Source: Prevotella sp. UBA6447 (GTDB taxonomy: Bacteria; Bacteroidota; Bacteroidia; Bacteroidales; Bacteroidaceae). From it: a DNA stretch of 64,000 nt. Below are positions 22,097-30,855 of the stretch, piece after piece. The notes beneath the pieces are model-generated. The model was not told where the DNA came from. It saw nothing but the letters and a program-made list of their open reading frames with translations, and searched no databases. Where the stretch lies: assembly GCA_002437115.1 (NCBI GenBank), contig DJOD01000049.1, positions 1,752 through 65,751 of the forward strand. Direction: 5' to 3'. How positions within the stretch are numbered: the first letter of the stretch is position 1; every line of letters begins with the position of its first letter. Position numbers and translations under genes: made by a program.

Positions 22097-24091
22097 ATGG
22101 TAAAGTTAAACTTAACGTCTCAGATCGTACTCAACAAGGTACCTGAGGAGTTCTATCATCCCAAAACCGCAGTGGAGCTTTCAGAGCTTACCCGTTGTGA
22201 GAAAATTCCTACTACCATCTATCCCAAGACCGAGGAGGGCGCGCGCAGCATCGCCAACGCCATCGAGAAGACCATCCGCCAGAAACAGCAGTCTGGGCAG
22301 TATTGCGTGCTCGGGCTGGGCACGGGATCGTCGCTCACGCCCGTCTTCAGCGAGCTCATCCGCATGCACAAAGAGGAGGGGTTGAGCTTCAGCAACGTGG
22401 TTGTCTTCAACGCTTACGAGTATTTCCCCTTGCAGCCCGACGCCAAGAACTCCACGCTCAACCAGCTCAAGGACCGTCTGCTCAGCCACGTTGACATCAA
22501 CCCGCAGAACGTGTTCTCGCCCGAGGGGACGGTGCCGCAGGAACGCGTGCAGGAGTTCTGTCGTCTCTATGAGCAGCGCATCCAGAGCTTCGGTGGCATC
22601 GACATCATGCTGCTGGGCATTGGGCGCATCGGCAACATAGCCACCAACGAGCCAGGGTCGGTTCTGACCTCAAGCTCGCGCCTCATCCTCATTGACAACC
22701 TCACGCGCGAGGAGATGTCCATGAGCCAGACCACCAACGAGACGGTGCCGCCTTGCTCCATCACCATGGGCATATCCACCATTCTCAAGTCCCGCCAGAT
22801 TTACCTGACGGCTTGGGGCGAGGAGAAGGCCGACATCTTGCAGAAGACGGTTGAGGGTCCCATCAGCGACGCCATTCCTGCCACCTTCCTGCAGACCCAT
22901 AACGATGCCCATGTGGTAATCGACCTCGCTGCCGCAGGGCGCCTCACGCGCATCGTCCACCCGTGGCTTGTCACCAGTTGCACCTGGACCGACAAGCTCA
23001 CGCGTGCTGCCTTGGTTTGGCTCTGTGAGGTGACGGGCAAGCCCATCCTGAAGCTCACCAACAAGGACTACAACGAGAATGGCCTCTCGGAGCTGCTCAC
23101 CATCTACGGCTCGGCCTACAATGCCAACATCAAGATATTCAACGACCTGCAGCACACCATCACCGGATGGCCCGGTGGCAAGCCCAATGCCGACGACACT
23201 TATCGCCCGGAGCGTGCCAACCCGTTCCCCAAGCGTGTCATCGTGTTCTCTCCTCACCCCGACGATGATGTAATCTCGATGGGCGGAACCATCCGCCGCC
23301 TCGTGGAGCAGGGTCACGATGTGCATCTTGCCTATGAGACCAGTGGCAACATCGCCGTGGGCGACGAGGAGGTCACGCGCTTCATGCACTTCATCAATGG
23401 CTTCAACCAGCTCTTCATCGGTGAGAAGGATAAGGTTATCAAGGACAAGTATAAGGAGATCAAGGAGTTCTTCAAGAAAAAGAAGGACGGTGACATGGAC
23501 ACCCGCGACATCCTGACCATCAAGGGGTTGATTCGCCGTGGCGAGGCGCGCACCGCTTGCACCTTCAACCACATACCCCTCGACCATGTGCATTTCCTCG
23601 ATCTGCCGTTCTACGAGAGTGGCAAGATTGAGAAGTTCCCCATGACCGAGAAGGATGTGCAGATCGTGCGCAAGCTCATCGCCGAGGTGAAGCCCCACCA
23701 GATCTATGTCGCTGGCGACCTGGCCGACCCTCATGGCACGCACCGCAAGTGCACGGATGCTGTGCTCGCAGCCATCGACCTTGAGAAAGAGGCCAAGGCC
23801 GAGTGGCTCAAGGACTGCCGCATCTGGATGTATCGTGGCGCATGGGCCGAGTGGGACATCGAGAACATCGAGATGTGCGTGCCCATGAGTCCTGAGGAGC
23901 TGCGCGCCAAGCGCAATGCCATCCTCAAGCACCAGAGCCAGATGGAGAGCGCGCCATTCTTGGGCAACGATGAACGCCTCTTCTGGCAGCGTGCGGAGGA
24001 CCGCAACCGCAACACGGCAAAGATTTACGACAACTTAGGCTTGGCTTGCTACGAGGCCATGGAGGCTTTCGTGGAGTATAAGCCGCTTTAA
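22097..24091 (+). CDS. nagB: Glucosamine-6-phosphate deaminase-like domain fused to a PIG-L deacetylase domain
   Basis: LGLGTGSS, GGID..LLGIG, NEPGS, ITMGI (NagB fold); SPHPDDDVISMGG, DPHGTH, HQSQ (PIG-L). Confidence 0.88.
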   Translation: MVKLNLTSQIVLNKVPEEFYHPKTAVELSELTRCEKIPTTIYPKTEEGARSIANAIEKTIRQKQQSGQYCVLGLGTGSSLTPVFSELIRMHKEEGLSFSNVVVFNAYEYFPLQPDAKNSTLNQLKDRLLSHVDINPQNVFSPEGTVPQERVQEFCRLYEQRIQSFGGIDIMLLGIGRIGNIATNEPGSVLTSSSRLILIDNLTREEMSMSQTTNETVPPCSITMGISTILKSRQIYLTAWGEEKADILQKTVEGPISDAIPATFLQTHNDAHVVIDLAAAGRLTRIVHPWLVTSCTWTDKLTRAALVWLCEVTGKPILKLTNKDYNENGLSELLTIYGSAYNANIKIFNDLQHTITGWPGGKPNADDTYRPERANPFPKRVIVFSPHPDDDVISMGGTIRRLVEQGHDVHLAYETSGNIAVGDEEVTRFMHFINGFNQLFIGEKDKVIKDKYKEIKEFFKKKKDGDMDTRDILTIKGLIRRGEARTACTFNHIPLDHVHFLDLPFYESGKIEKFPMTEKDVQIVRKLIAEVKPHQIYVAGDLADPHGTHRKCTDAVLAAIDLEKEAKAEWLKDCRIWMYRGAWAEWDIENIEMCVPMSPEELRAKRNAILKHQSQMESAPFLGNDERLFWQRAEDRNRNTAKIYDNLGLACYEAMEAFVEYKPL

Positions 24092-24135
24092 GGGCGTTGC
24101 GTGCTCTATGGTGACGCAAGCGTCGTTCAAACAAG

Positions 24136-24189
24136 CAAGGCTCATTCGCCGTCCTGTCAGGGGCGGTGAATGGGTCTTGTCTGTTTTTT
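24136..24189 (+). terminator. Rho-independent terminator
   Basis: CAAGGCTCATTCGCCGTCC / GGGCGGTGAATGGGTCTTG stem followed by TCTGTTTTTT. Confidence 0.75.
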
Positions 24190-24252
24190 CGGATGGCCTT
24201 ACAGTAAACTTCGTGACAAAAGGATTACAAAACGATTAATCTTTCGAAATGG

Positions 24253-24284
24253 TTTGGCCATATTCACAAATGTTTATAAGTTTG
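24253..24284 (+). promoter_or_regulatory. Sigma-A promoter for the surface protein operon
   Basis: TTTG 24253-24256, 20-nt spacer, TAAGTTTG 24277-24284. Confidence 0.75.
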
Positions 24285-24395
24285 CAAGCGTAAACAAAAA
24301 CATTACAGGGCGGCATCGCTTCGACAATGAGCGGATGCGGGTTGTCTACTGATTATATATTGAGCTTTTTTAATACTTAACTTAACGTTTCTTTT

Positions 24396-27300
24396 ATGGT
24401 AAAACATTTACGAACCCTTATGCTCCTTCTCATGGTCATGACCTTGGGGGGGGGTGTCGTTGGCGCAGGAAGTGACGTTTGACTTCACGCAAAACACGTG
24501 GGGTCTGCCGACAGACTACACAAAGACTGCTGCCACTTACACCGATGGAACTTATAAGATTTCATTTGGTGAAAGCAGCAATGGCCACAAGTTTGGTGGC
24601 AGTTATCTAATCTTTGGAAAAAGTGGAGCAACGCTTTCTTTGCCAGCTTTTGATTTTGATGTAGAGAAAATCGTTGTAACAGGAAACAAAAATGCTTCTG
24701 CGAGTGTTAAGCAGAATTTCTTTGTTGGTGACGAGGCCGCCAGCACAGAAACTACTGGTGCTCAGGATACGAACACGTATGAGATAGCCGAGGCTTACCA
24801 AGCTGCGGGTAACATCTATACGCTGAAAGTGCTTAATAATAAAAACACTCAGGTCACCAAAATTGAAATCTACAAGAAGGGTGGCGCAGCCAAGACCTCT
24901 ACCACTGTTTCCTTCGGTGCTGACTACGACGGCAAGACCATCAGCTTGAAGCCGGGTGAGAGTTTTGATGCTCCTACCGCTACGCTGACTCCTTCCGGGG
25001 CTGGCTCTCTTACTTATTCTTCTTCTGACGAGAAAGTCGCTACGGTTGACGCAACAGGTGCAGTAACCCTTACTGGCACAACCGGCAAGACTACTATCAC
25101 AGCTGACTTCGCTGGCAATGACACCTACGCTGCATCCAGCGCTTCTTACACGCTCAATGTTGCTGAGGCTGCTTCGCTTACTGGCGACGGCACGAAGGCG
25201 AATCCTTACACCGTAGCTGACGTGCTCGCTATTGTTAACGCTGGTCAGCAGACTTCTGACAGCGTTTATGTGAAAGGTATCGTTAGCAAAATCAAGACGA
25301 CTGCTGACAATATCGTGAAATACAAGAATTGCGATTACTACCTCGTAGATAACGAAGGCGACACCGTGTCTATCATGGCTTTCCGCGGCAAGTATCTCGG
25401 CAACACTGACTTCACTTCTGCCGACCAGCTGAAGGTTGGTGACAAGGTTCTTGTTCTTGGTGTCCTTACCAAGTACTATGAGACCATTGAGCTTGACAAG
25501 GGTAACTACATCGTTGAGTTCTGGGGCGAGAACACCAAGAAAGAAACTTCTGTTTCCTTCGGTACTGACTACGACGGCAAGACCATCAACTTGAAGCCAG
25601 GCGAGAGTTTCAAGGCTCCTACCGCTACGCTGACTCCTGCCGAGGCTGGCTCTCTTACTTATTCTTCTTCTGACGAGACAGTCGCTACGGTTGACGCAAC
25701 AACAGGTGCAGTAACCCTTACGGGCACAACTGGTACAACCACCATCACCGCTGCTTTCGCTGGCAACGATACCTACGCTGCATCCAGCGCTTCTTATACG
25801 CTCAATGTTGCTGAGGCTGCTTCGCTTACTGGCGACGGCACGAAGGCGAATCCTTACACCGTAGCTGACGTGCTCGCTATTGTTAATGCTGGTCAGCAGA
25901 CCACAGACAGCGTTTATGTGAAAGGTATCGTTAGCTCCATCAAGACGACTGCTGACAATATCGTGAAATACAAGAATTGCGATTACTACCTCGTAGATAA
26001 CGAAGACGACACCGTGTCTATCATGGCTTTCCGCGGCAAGTATCTCGGCAACACTGACTTCACTTCTGCCGACCAGCTGAAGGTTGGTGACAAGGTTCTT
26101 GTTCTTGGTGTGCTTGACAAATACTATGAGACCATTGAGCTTGCCAAGGGCAACTACATCGTTGAGTTCTTGGGCGAGCACGTCGAGAAGACCGCTACCA
26201 CCACTACTTTCGGTGAGGGCAACGACGGCAAGACCTACGACTTGAAGATTGGCGACACATTTGAGGCTCCTACCGCTACGCTGACTCCTGCCGAGGCTGG
26301 CACACTGGTTTATACATCTTCTAATACTGATGCAGCTACTGTGGATGCCACAACAGGTGCAGTAACCCTTGGCAAAACAGTTGGAACAACCACCATCACC
26401 GCTGCTTTCGCTGGCAACGACACATACGCTGCTTCTGAGGCTTCTTACACCATCAACCTGATAGACGGTTCTGTTGCATCAGATAACGCTACGTTCGACT
26501 TCACAAAGCCAGAAAACTTTGGCAAGGGTACCTCAAGCAGCGACTCAAAAGATGGCGACATGGAAGAAGGTGAGTCCATCAAACAGGGCGATGTAACTTT
26601 AACCGTGACAACGAACGGTAATACGAAGACTCGTTTCTACAGTAGTAAGGGTAAAATCGACTTCAGAGTCTATAATGGCACCAAGCTCACCCTCTCCGTA
26701 CCCGATGGCTATGTCATCACTAATGTGGAAACAAAGCCTGGTTCTGGGGCGCAGACCATTGGCGAGCTGAACAAGCAAAGCGTGGAGCTGAGTTACACGG
26801 CAAGTGTGAAACTGACTTCTATGACTGTCACCTATGCTGCGGCTTCCGCATCGAAGGATGTGACACTCACCGTTGGCGATACGCACTACGCTACACTCTA
26901 TTACAGCGATCGCGCACTGATTGTCCCTGAGAACACGGAGGCATTTACTTGCTCTGCTGAGTCTGGCAATGGTCTGGAAATCAGAAAGCACTACAATGCT
27001 GGCGATGTCATCCCAGCTGGCCAAGCTGTTGTGGTCAACGCAACGGTATCAGGCGACTATACCTTCAAGGCTACCGATACTGAAGGAGTGAAAGATTACG
27101 CCAGCTTGCTCTTTGGTACCGATGAGGAAGCTCCTATCACACAGGAAGACGACTTCTACTTCTACAAGCTCTCTTTGGACGACAACGGCCAGAACGTAGG
27201 CTTCTACTGGGGTGCTGAAAAAGGCGTGGCCTTCACCAACGGTGCGCACAAGGCTTACCTGAAGGTTTCCAAGCATGCGGCCCCCGGTGCCAAGGCGTTT

Positions 27301-27450
27301 GTCTTCGACGGTAGTGCTACGGCCATCAAGACTATCTTCGATGAGAAGGTCGACGGCAACGCTCCCCTCTACAACCTGGCAGGTCAGCGTGTGAGCAAGT
27401 CTTACAAGGGCATTGTTATCATGAACGGCAAGAAATTCATGAACAAGTAA
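24396..27450 (+). CDS. Secreted surface protein with Ig-like (Big_2) and OB-fold-like repeats and a Prevotella-type C-terminal sorting domain; frameshifted at G9 (24446-24454) in the signal peptide
   Basis: ATG 24396 MVKHLRTLMLLLMVMTL joins the 24454 ORF if one G is removed; YSSSDEKVATVD Ig repeats; GDGTKANPYTVADV modules; tail YNLAGQRV...NGKKFMNK. Confidence 0.8.
24907..26460 (+). repeat. Intragenic tandem repeat of ~645-651 bp, about 2.4 copies
   Basis: TTCGGT anchors at 24913, 25558 and 26209; first two copies nearly identical at DNA level. Confidence 0.9.
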
Positions 27451-27512
27451 CCGGCACACTCTGAAAACCGTTTCAACAAGTATAATTTAAAAATTAAGAA
27501 AGGAAACTAATC

Positions 27513-27707
27513 ATGAAAAAGTATATTCAGCCTGCCATCAAAGTGCAGAAGATGGATACTGAGGCGTTGATGGCCGCCTCCCTTGGCATCAACAACGAGT
27601 ACAGCGGTTCCGACCAGCTCGCCAAGCCTTCCTTCGAAGAGGAGGAGAACGACGACCAGCAACCCACCACGTTCCACAGTGTATGGGCCGACGACGACCA
27701 GGACTAA
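27513..27707 (+). CDS. Small acidic 64-aa protein with a KKYxxPxI leader-like N-terminus
   Basis: AT-rich start context AAGAAAGGAAACTAATC-ATG, followed by a terminator; resembles recurrent Bacteroidales small ORFs. Confidence 0.75.
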   Translation: MKKYIQPAIKVQKMDTEALMAASLGINNEYSGSDQLAKPSFEEEENDDQQPTTFHSVWADDDQD

Positions 27708-27752
27708 CCGCTGCTGACCGCGCTTGGCGCGGCGGCACTGCTACATGATACA

Positions 27753-27787
27753 GGCCGTGGCTGTTTCTTGACAGCCACGGCCCTTTT
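27753..27787 (+). terminator. Rho-independent terminator
   Basis: GGCCGTGGCTGT-TTCTTG-ACAGCCACGGCC-CTTTT. Confidence 0.85.
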
Positions 27788-27831
27788 GCTTCTAATAAAT
27801 ATTAGGTATCCTTACATCGCCATCACCAAAA

Positions 27832-27985
27832 CCGTATTCTTGAATATATTTCAGATTATTCGGATTTCTAATCCGCCAAATCCGCTGAATCCGTATTCAT
27901 TCCTGTTCCCGCTTTTTGTTTGAATACGGATATTTCAGATTATTCGGATTTAGAAACCTCAAAATCTACTGAATTCGTATTTTCT
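27832..27985. repeat. Two tandem REP-like imperfect hairpins
   Basis: TATTTCAGATTATTCGGATTT occurs twice (~27847 and ~27931), each followed by AAATC..CTGAAT.CGTATT. Confidence 0.75.
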
Positions 27986-28083
27986 CATGTTTCTGTTTAT
28001 AGTTTTTCAGTTTGCAAAAATAAGCTTTTTTCTGGAAAATCATGCTTTGCCTTCAATTCTTCTTGCAACTAAATCGCCGAACG

Positions 28084-28116
28084 AAAGAGGGCGGAACGAA
28101 TTTCATCGCTCCGCCC
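28084..28116 (-). terminator. Probable terminator downstream of the NigD-like gene
   Basis: Minus strand GGGCGGAGCGA-TGAAAT-TCGTTCCGCCC-TCTTT. Confidence 0.55.
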
Positions 28117-28261
28117 ACATAATATTGTCTACTCGCCATCACTGATGTTCACCACGATGACCATCCTTAAACCACTCAACCGAAAGAACCGCTTTTCATT
28201 TTCTGGACCTTGTCCTGGTTCTTCAATACCTTGTGTACCTCCTTATCATATGTTTTACAAT

Positions 28262-28996
28262 TTATCCTATTGGATGTAAAACCCATTTGGCGCTTCCATC
28301 AGACATGGCAGCATTAGAATGCATCTTGAGCGAGAACTCGGCAGTCTTCTTGCCACTGAACGATAGCCAGTTGAGCTTTATCTTCACTTCTTTCGGATGT
28401 TCTTTCCACAGCGAGTTGAGGTCGAAGGCTATCAGTGCGTCACCTATGTTTCCATAAATGTCTCCTTGGGCATTTTGACGCAGGTCGAACTCGTAAATAT
28501 TATCCTTGTTCACACCGCTCACAAGATTAATGATATGCGTTGCGCTGCCTCCCCACCGTGTGCGAATGCGAAGAGTGACAAAGCCATCTTCCGCGACGGA
28601 TACCCAATCACGAACAATTTCTATCGGGTCATTCCCATAGGCTTTCGCATCTTCATCCTCGGTACCCAACGTTGTCACGGGTTGTTTCGTGCGGATACTG
28701 TCTATCCAGTTTACGTGCACGTTATATGGGCTATTCGTGGATGGCTTCTCCACCGTGTAGTTGACCAATGCACGCACTTTCTTCTCCCCGAATGGTGATG
28801 CCTTTAGGTTCGTCGGCACAAGCGATGTAGAATCATCCAGTTGCATGATGAATTTGTCAGATGTTGTCGGATACACCGTTACGAGAGCCGTAGGGCGCAG
28901 CATCGCATCATTGTCATCATCATTGTCACATGAATTGAATGTTAGCGCACAGGCTATGAAGCCCATTGCCAAAAGTGTTTTGTTTATTGTTCTCAT
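28262..28996 (-). CDS. NigD-like lipoprotein
   Basis: Lipobox FNSC then DNDDDND; PTALVTV, RALVNYT, WIDSIRTK, YGNDPIEIV.DW.SVAEDG. Confidence 0.8.
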   Translation of the reverse strand: MRTINKTLLAMGFIACALTFNSCDNDDDNDAMLRPTALVTVYPTTSDKFIMQLDDSTSLVPTNLKASPFGEKKVRALVNYTVEKPSTNSPYNVHVNWIDSIRTKQPVTTLGTEDEDAKAYGNDPIEIVRDWVSVAEDGFVTLRIRTRWGGSATHIINLVSGVNKDNIYEFDLRQNAQGDIYGNIGDALIAFDLNSLWKEHPKEVKIKLNWLSFSGKKTAEFSLKMHSNAAMSDGSAKWVLHPIG

Positions 28997-29450
28997 ACGT
29001 TTATATTTTGGTCTTTATATATTAAATGATAATAAGGCCAGAATCTTGCATGTAGTAAGTGTTATTTTGAGATTTTCGAGGAGCTGTGCTACCAGTTGGG
29101 ATTTACTAACCGAAGTACCTTCTACAAGACAATAGATGCCTCATCGAAGGATGATAAGGCTTCATTCTCACCTCAATAGCGTATTTATCTCACCACGATA
29201 TGGCACCTCCTTGCTAACAAACAAGGTGCAACAACCCATGGGGTGGGCCCAAAAGGATTTTTTCCGCTCTATTTCCTTCGAAATCTCAAACAAACTTTTA
29301 CACCAAAAAAACCGACAAACCTCTTGCTGAGGTGTGAAGGAGCCTCTGGCGGTAGAATAACAGCTATTATCTTGTGTGATATCTGAAAAACTTTTTGTAC
29401 CTTTGTGCCGATTAACTTAAATGATACTCTATCTAAAGCACAAACGTAAG

Positions 29451-29831
29451 ATGAAGTACAAGGTAGTGAAAGGCCGCAACGCGGCCATGCCCTCAGCGGG
29501 CAAGTACGTTGCACGAGCCGTCCATGCGCAGACCATCGAGTGGAAAGAGCTGGCCCAGGAAGGCGAGCACAGCACTGCGGGTAGCGTGTCGGACTTTAAC
29601 CAGGTGGCCACGGAGCTGACGCGCCTCGTGGAGAAGCACCTGAAGTCAGGCGACCGTGTGCGCCTGGCCGACGGCACCATCCTGAAGCTTGAGGTGGAGA
29701 GCCGCCCGGCGCTCACCGAGGAGGAGTTTGGCGTGGCCAACATCAAGGGTGTGCGCCTTCACATCCTGCCTGGCAGCAGCAAGGGCGTGCAGAGCCTTTA
29801 CAAGGACATACAATATGAGAAGCTAAAATAA
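29451..29831 (+). CDS. HU-like (HU-HIG) DNA-binding protein
   Basis: KYVARAV...TI..ELA, L.SGDRVRL, IKGVRLH; promoter TACCTTTG at 29398; alternative ATG at 29421. Confidence 0.7.
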   Translation: MKYKVVKGRNAAMPSAGKYVARAVHAQTIEWKELAQEGEHSTAGSVSDFNQVATELTRLVEKHLKSGDRVRLADGTILKLEVESRPALTEEEFGVANIKGVRLHILPGSSKGVQSLYKDIQYEKLK

Positions 29832-29896
29832 AGAGCCTGGGCTTTGCCGGTGACATCAAGTCACGGCAAGGCTACACAGGATAAGACGAAGCAAGC

Positions 29897-30832
29897 ATGA
29901 ACCTTTTTCAATCGAAGAAGAACGAGGGGCGCGGTCTGCGCCTGCTGCGCGACTACACTGTTATCACCATTGCCATGCTCATGGGTGTGGTGGGTCTGAA
30001 CCTTTTCTTGCTGCCCAACCAGATCACGATGGGCGGCATCATGGGCGTGGCCTCCATCGTTTACTGGGGCACTGGCATCCCGGCGCAAGACACCTATTTT
30101 GTGCTCAACGCCGTGCTGCTCATTGCCGCCCTGAAGGTTTTGGGATGGCGTTTCTGTGCCAAGACCATTTATGGCGTAGTGGTGTTCACCGTGGGCTCCA
30201 CGGTGCTGCAGGACATTGTGCCGCCAGACCTGCACCTGCTGGCCGACCAGAAATTTATGGCGTGCATGGTGGGGGGCGTGTTTATGGGCACCAGCGTGGG
30301 GCTCGGCCTCTCGGCGGGCGGCTCCACGGGTGGCTCGGATGTAGTGGCGGCTATGGTCCACAAGTATCGCGACGTGTCGCTCGGTCATATCATCCTCTTC
30401 TGCGACCTGGCCATCATCACCTCGTCGTATGTGGTGCTGCGCGACTGGGAGAAGGTGCTCTACGGCTATGTGCTGCTGTTCATCATCTCGTTTTGCGTGG
30501 ACCATGTGGTCAATTCGCTGCGGCAGAGCGTGCAGTTCTTCATCATCTCCGACAAGTACCAGGAGATTGGCGAGGCCATCAACAAGATAGCCGACCGCGG
30601 TTGCTCCACCCTCAACGGCAACGGCTTCTACACGAAGAAGGGCATCAAGGTGATTTTCTGCATCGCCAAGAAGAGCGAGTCGAGCTTCATCTTCGACCTC
30701 ATCGACGAGATTGACCCCAACGCTTTCGTGGCGCAGTCGGCTGTGATCGGCGTGTATGGCCAGGGGTTCGACCGCGTGAAGGTGCGCAAGAAAATCAATT
30801 TGCAAGAGATTAAGGAAAAAATAGGCGAGTAG
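29897..30832 (+). CDS. YitT family membrane protein (C-terminal DUF2179)
   Basis: GGSTGGSD, DRGCSTLNGNGFYT, IDPNAFVAQSAV.GVYGQGFD. Confidence 0.9.
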   Translation: MNLFQSKKNEGRGLRLLRDYTVITIAMLMGVVGLNLFLLPNQITMGGIMGVASIVYWGTGIPAQDTYFVLNAVLLIAALKVLGWRFCAKTIYGVVVFTVGSTVLQDIVPPDLHLLADQKFMACMVGGVFMGTSVGLGLSAGGSTGGSDVVAAMVHKYRDVSLGHIILFCDLAIITSSYVVLRDWEKVLYGYVLLFIISFCVDHVVNSLRQSVQFFIISDKYQEIGEAINKIADRGCSTLNGNGFYTKKGIKVIFCIAKKSESSFIFDLIDEIDPNAFVAQSAVIGVYGQGFDRVKVRKKINLQEIKEKIGE

Positions 30833-30855
30833 AGGCGGGGATGGTCCTTCTCACC

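Noticed and set aside
24454..24456. GTG at 24454 as the true start of the surface protein
   Set aside because: It lies within the G tract and would remove the signal peptide; ATG 24396 has the proper context
28120..28255. Possible coding remnant on the minus strand downstream of the NigD-like gene
   Set aside because: Short open stretches with no credible start or recognisable family
29000..29400. Possible riboswitch or sRNA between the NigD-like and HU-like genes
   Set aside because: No recognisable aptamer consensus or strong stem seen
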